A stretch of 64,000 nucleotides of DNA, taken from assembly GCA_024704765.1 (NCBI GenBank), contig JAKMXF010000013.1:1-64000 (forward strand). Reading direction: 5' to 3'. The notes under the pieces were generated by a model. It had not been told where the DNA came from. It saw nothing but the letters and a program-made list of their open reading frames with translations, and ran no database searches. The first letter of the stretch is position 1, and each line of letters opens with the position of its first letter. Shown here piece by piece: positions 63,255 through 64,000 of the stretch. The DNA is from Oopsacas minuta. Its lineage: Eukaryota; Animalia; Porifera. Position numbers and translations under genes: made by a program.

Positions 63255-63780
63255 AGTGAGTGAGGAAATGTGCAATAAGACAGAATTGCATATTCACTGA
63301 GTACAGGAATACACATGTAAGACAGAGTTACCTCAAATGATGAGTAAGGAAATATAGTAAGATAGAGTTACATTTAAAAGTGCTGAGGAAATATGCAATC
63401 AGACAAAATTACATATCAGCTGAGTAAAGGAATAAAGATGGTAGAAATTTACTTTAAGACAGAGTTACATAAAAAGGCAAGAAAGGGAATACACTGTAGT
63501 TAGAATAAGGGATATTTGTATGACACAAAAACCTCTAAAGGTGTATGAGGCAATACACTGTAGGACAGAGTTAAATCAAAAGTTAAGTAAGAGTATACAT
63601 TGTAAGACTAAGTTCCATCAGAAAGTGAGTGATCAAACATGCAATATGACCGAATTACATTAGCATGAGTATAGGAAAAATCATGCAAGACAATGTTACA
63701 TCAAAAAGCAAGTAGGGAATAAGTTTTTAGACACAGACATATCAAAAAGAGAGTGAGGAAATATGCAATAAGACAGAATC
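63255..63780. repeat. Degenerate ~41-43-bp tandem repeat, about 12 units
   Basis: Consensus about gagtaaggaaatatgcaataagacagagttacatcaaaaa. Confidence 0.8.
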
Positions 63781-64000
63781 GTGAATTACGCTATACGGGA
63801 CAGTTCACTGTATTGAACCACGGATGAAGTCCGAACAAGTAAATAAGTAAAGTTAAATATCATAACAGTTGTGGCCTCTAATACCTGATTTACTCGATAG
63901 TCACCACCATAACATGCGCAAATTGTTTCTATGCATTCAGTTAGAGAAATAGGATAATTTCACTGTGAATTCCATAAATTAGAGACAATACCATGTAATT

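Noticed and set aside
1-64000. tRNA, rRNA, snRNA or SL-RNA genes
   Set aside because: The GTTCGA hits (5943, 14521, 48308, 62911) lack cloverleaf context, and no recognisable rRNA or snRNA sequence was seen.

Overview
AT-rich, CpG-poor eukaryotic (metazoan-type) scaffold with two ~0.9-1 kb N gaps and eight single-N joins. It is dominated by decayed DNA transposons (mariner, Tc1, maT, pogo/Tigger, hAT, Chapaev3, Transib/RAG1-like, Ginger2/KRBA2-like, THAP-bearing), their MITEs, and one probable LTR gag fragment. Two host genes are recognisable. (1) GPI transamidase subunit PIG-K/GPI8 on the minus strand, in two intact coding exons that join in frame at a GT/AG junction (DVE|VDYKGYEV). They lie in the wrong order for cis-splicing: the C-terminal exon (33882-33055) is transcriptionally upstream of the N-terminal exon (15053-14724), about 18 kb away. 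This is either a permuted/trans-spliced gene, two halves of a large tandem duplication, or a scaffolding error. It is the main thing to follow up. (2) An intronless OTUD4/ALG13/otu-family OTU+Tudor gene on the plus strand (41244-43544) whose catalytic Cys is replaced by Ser. No rRNA, tRNA or CRISPR array was found. The taxon cannot be fixed from this window. All family calls are by-eye motif recognition, not database searches.
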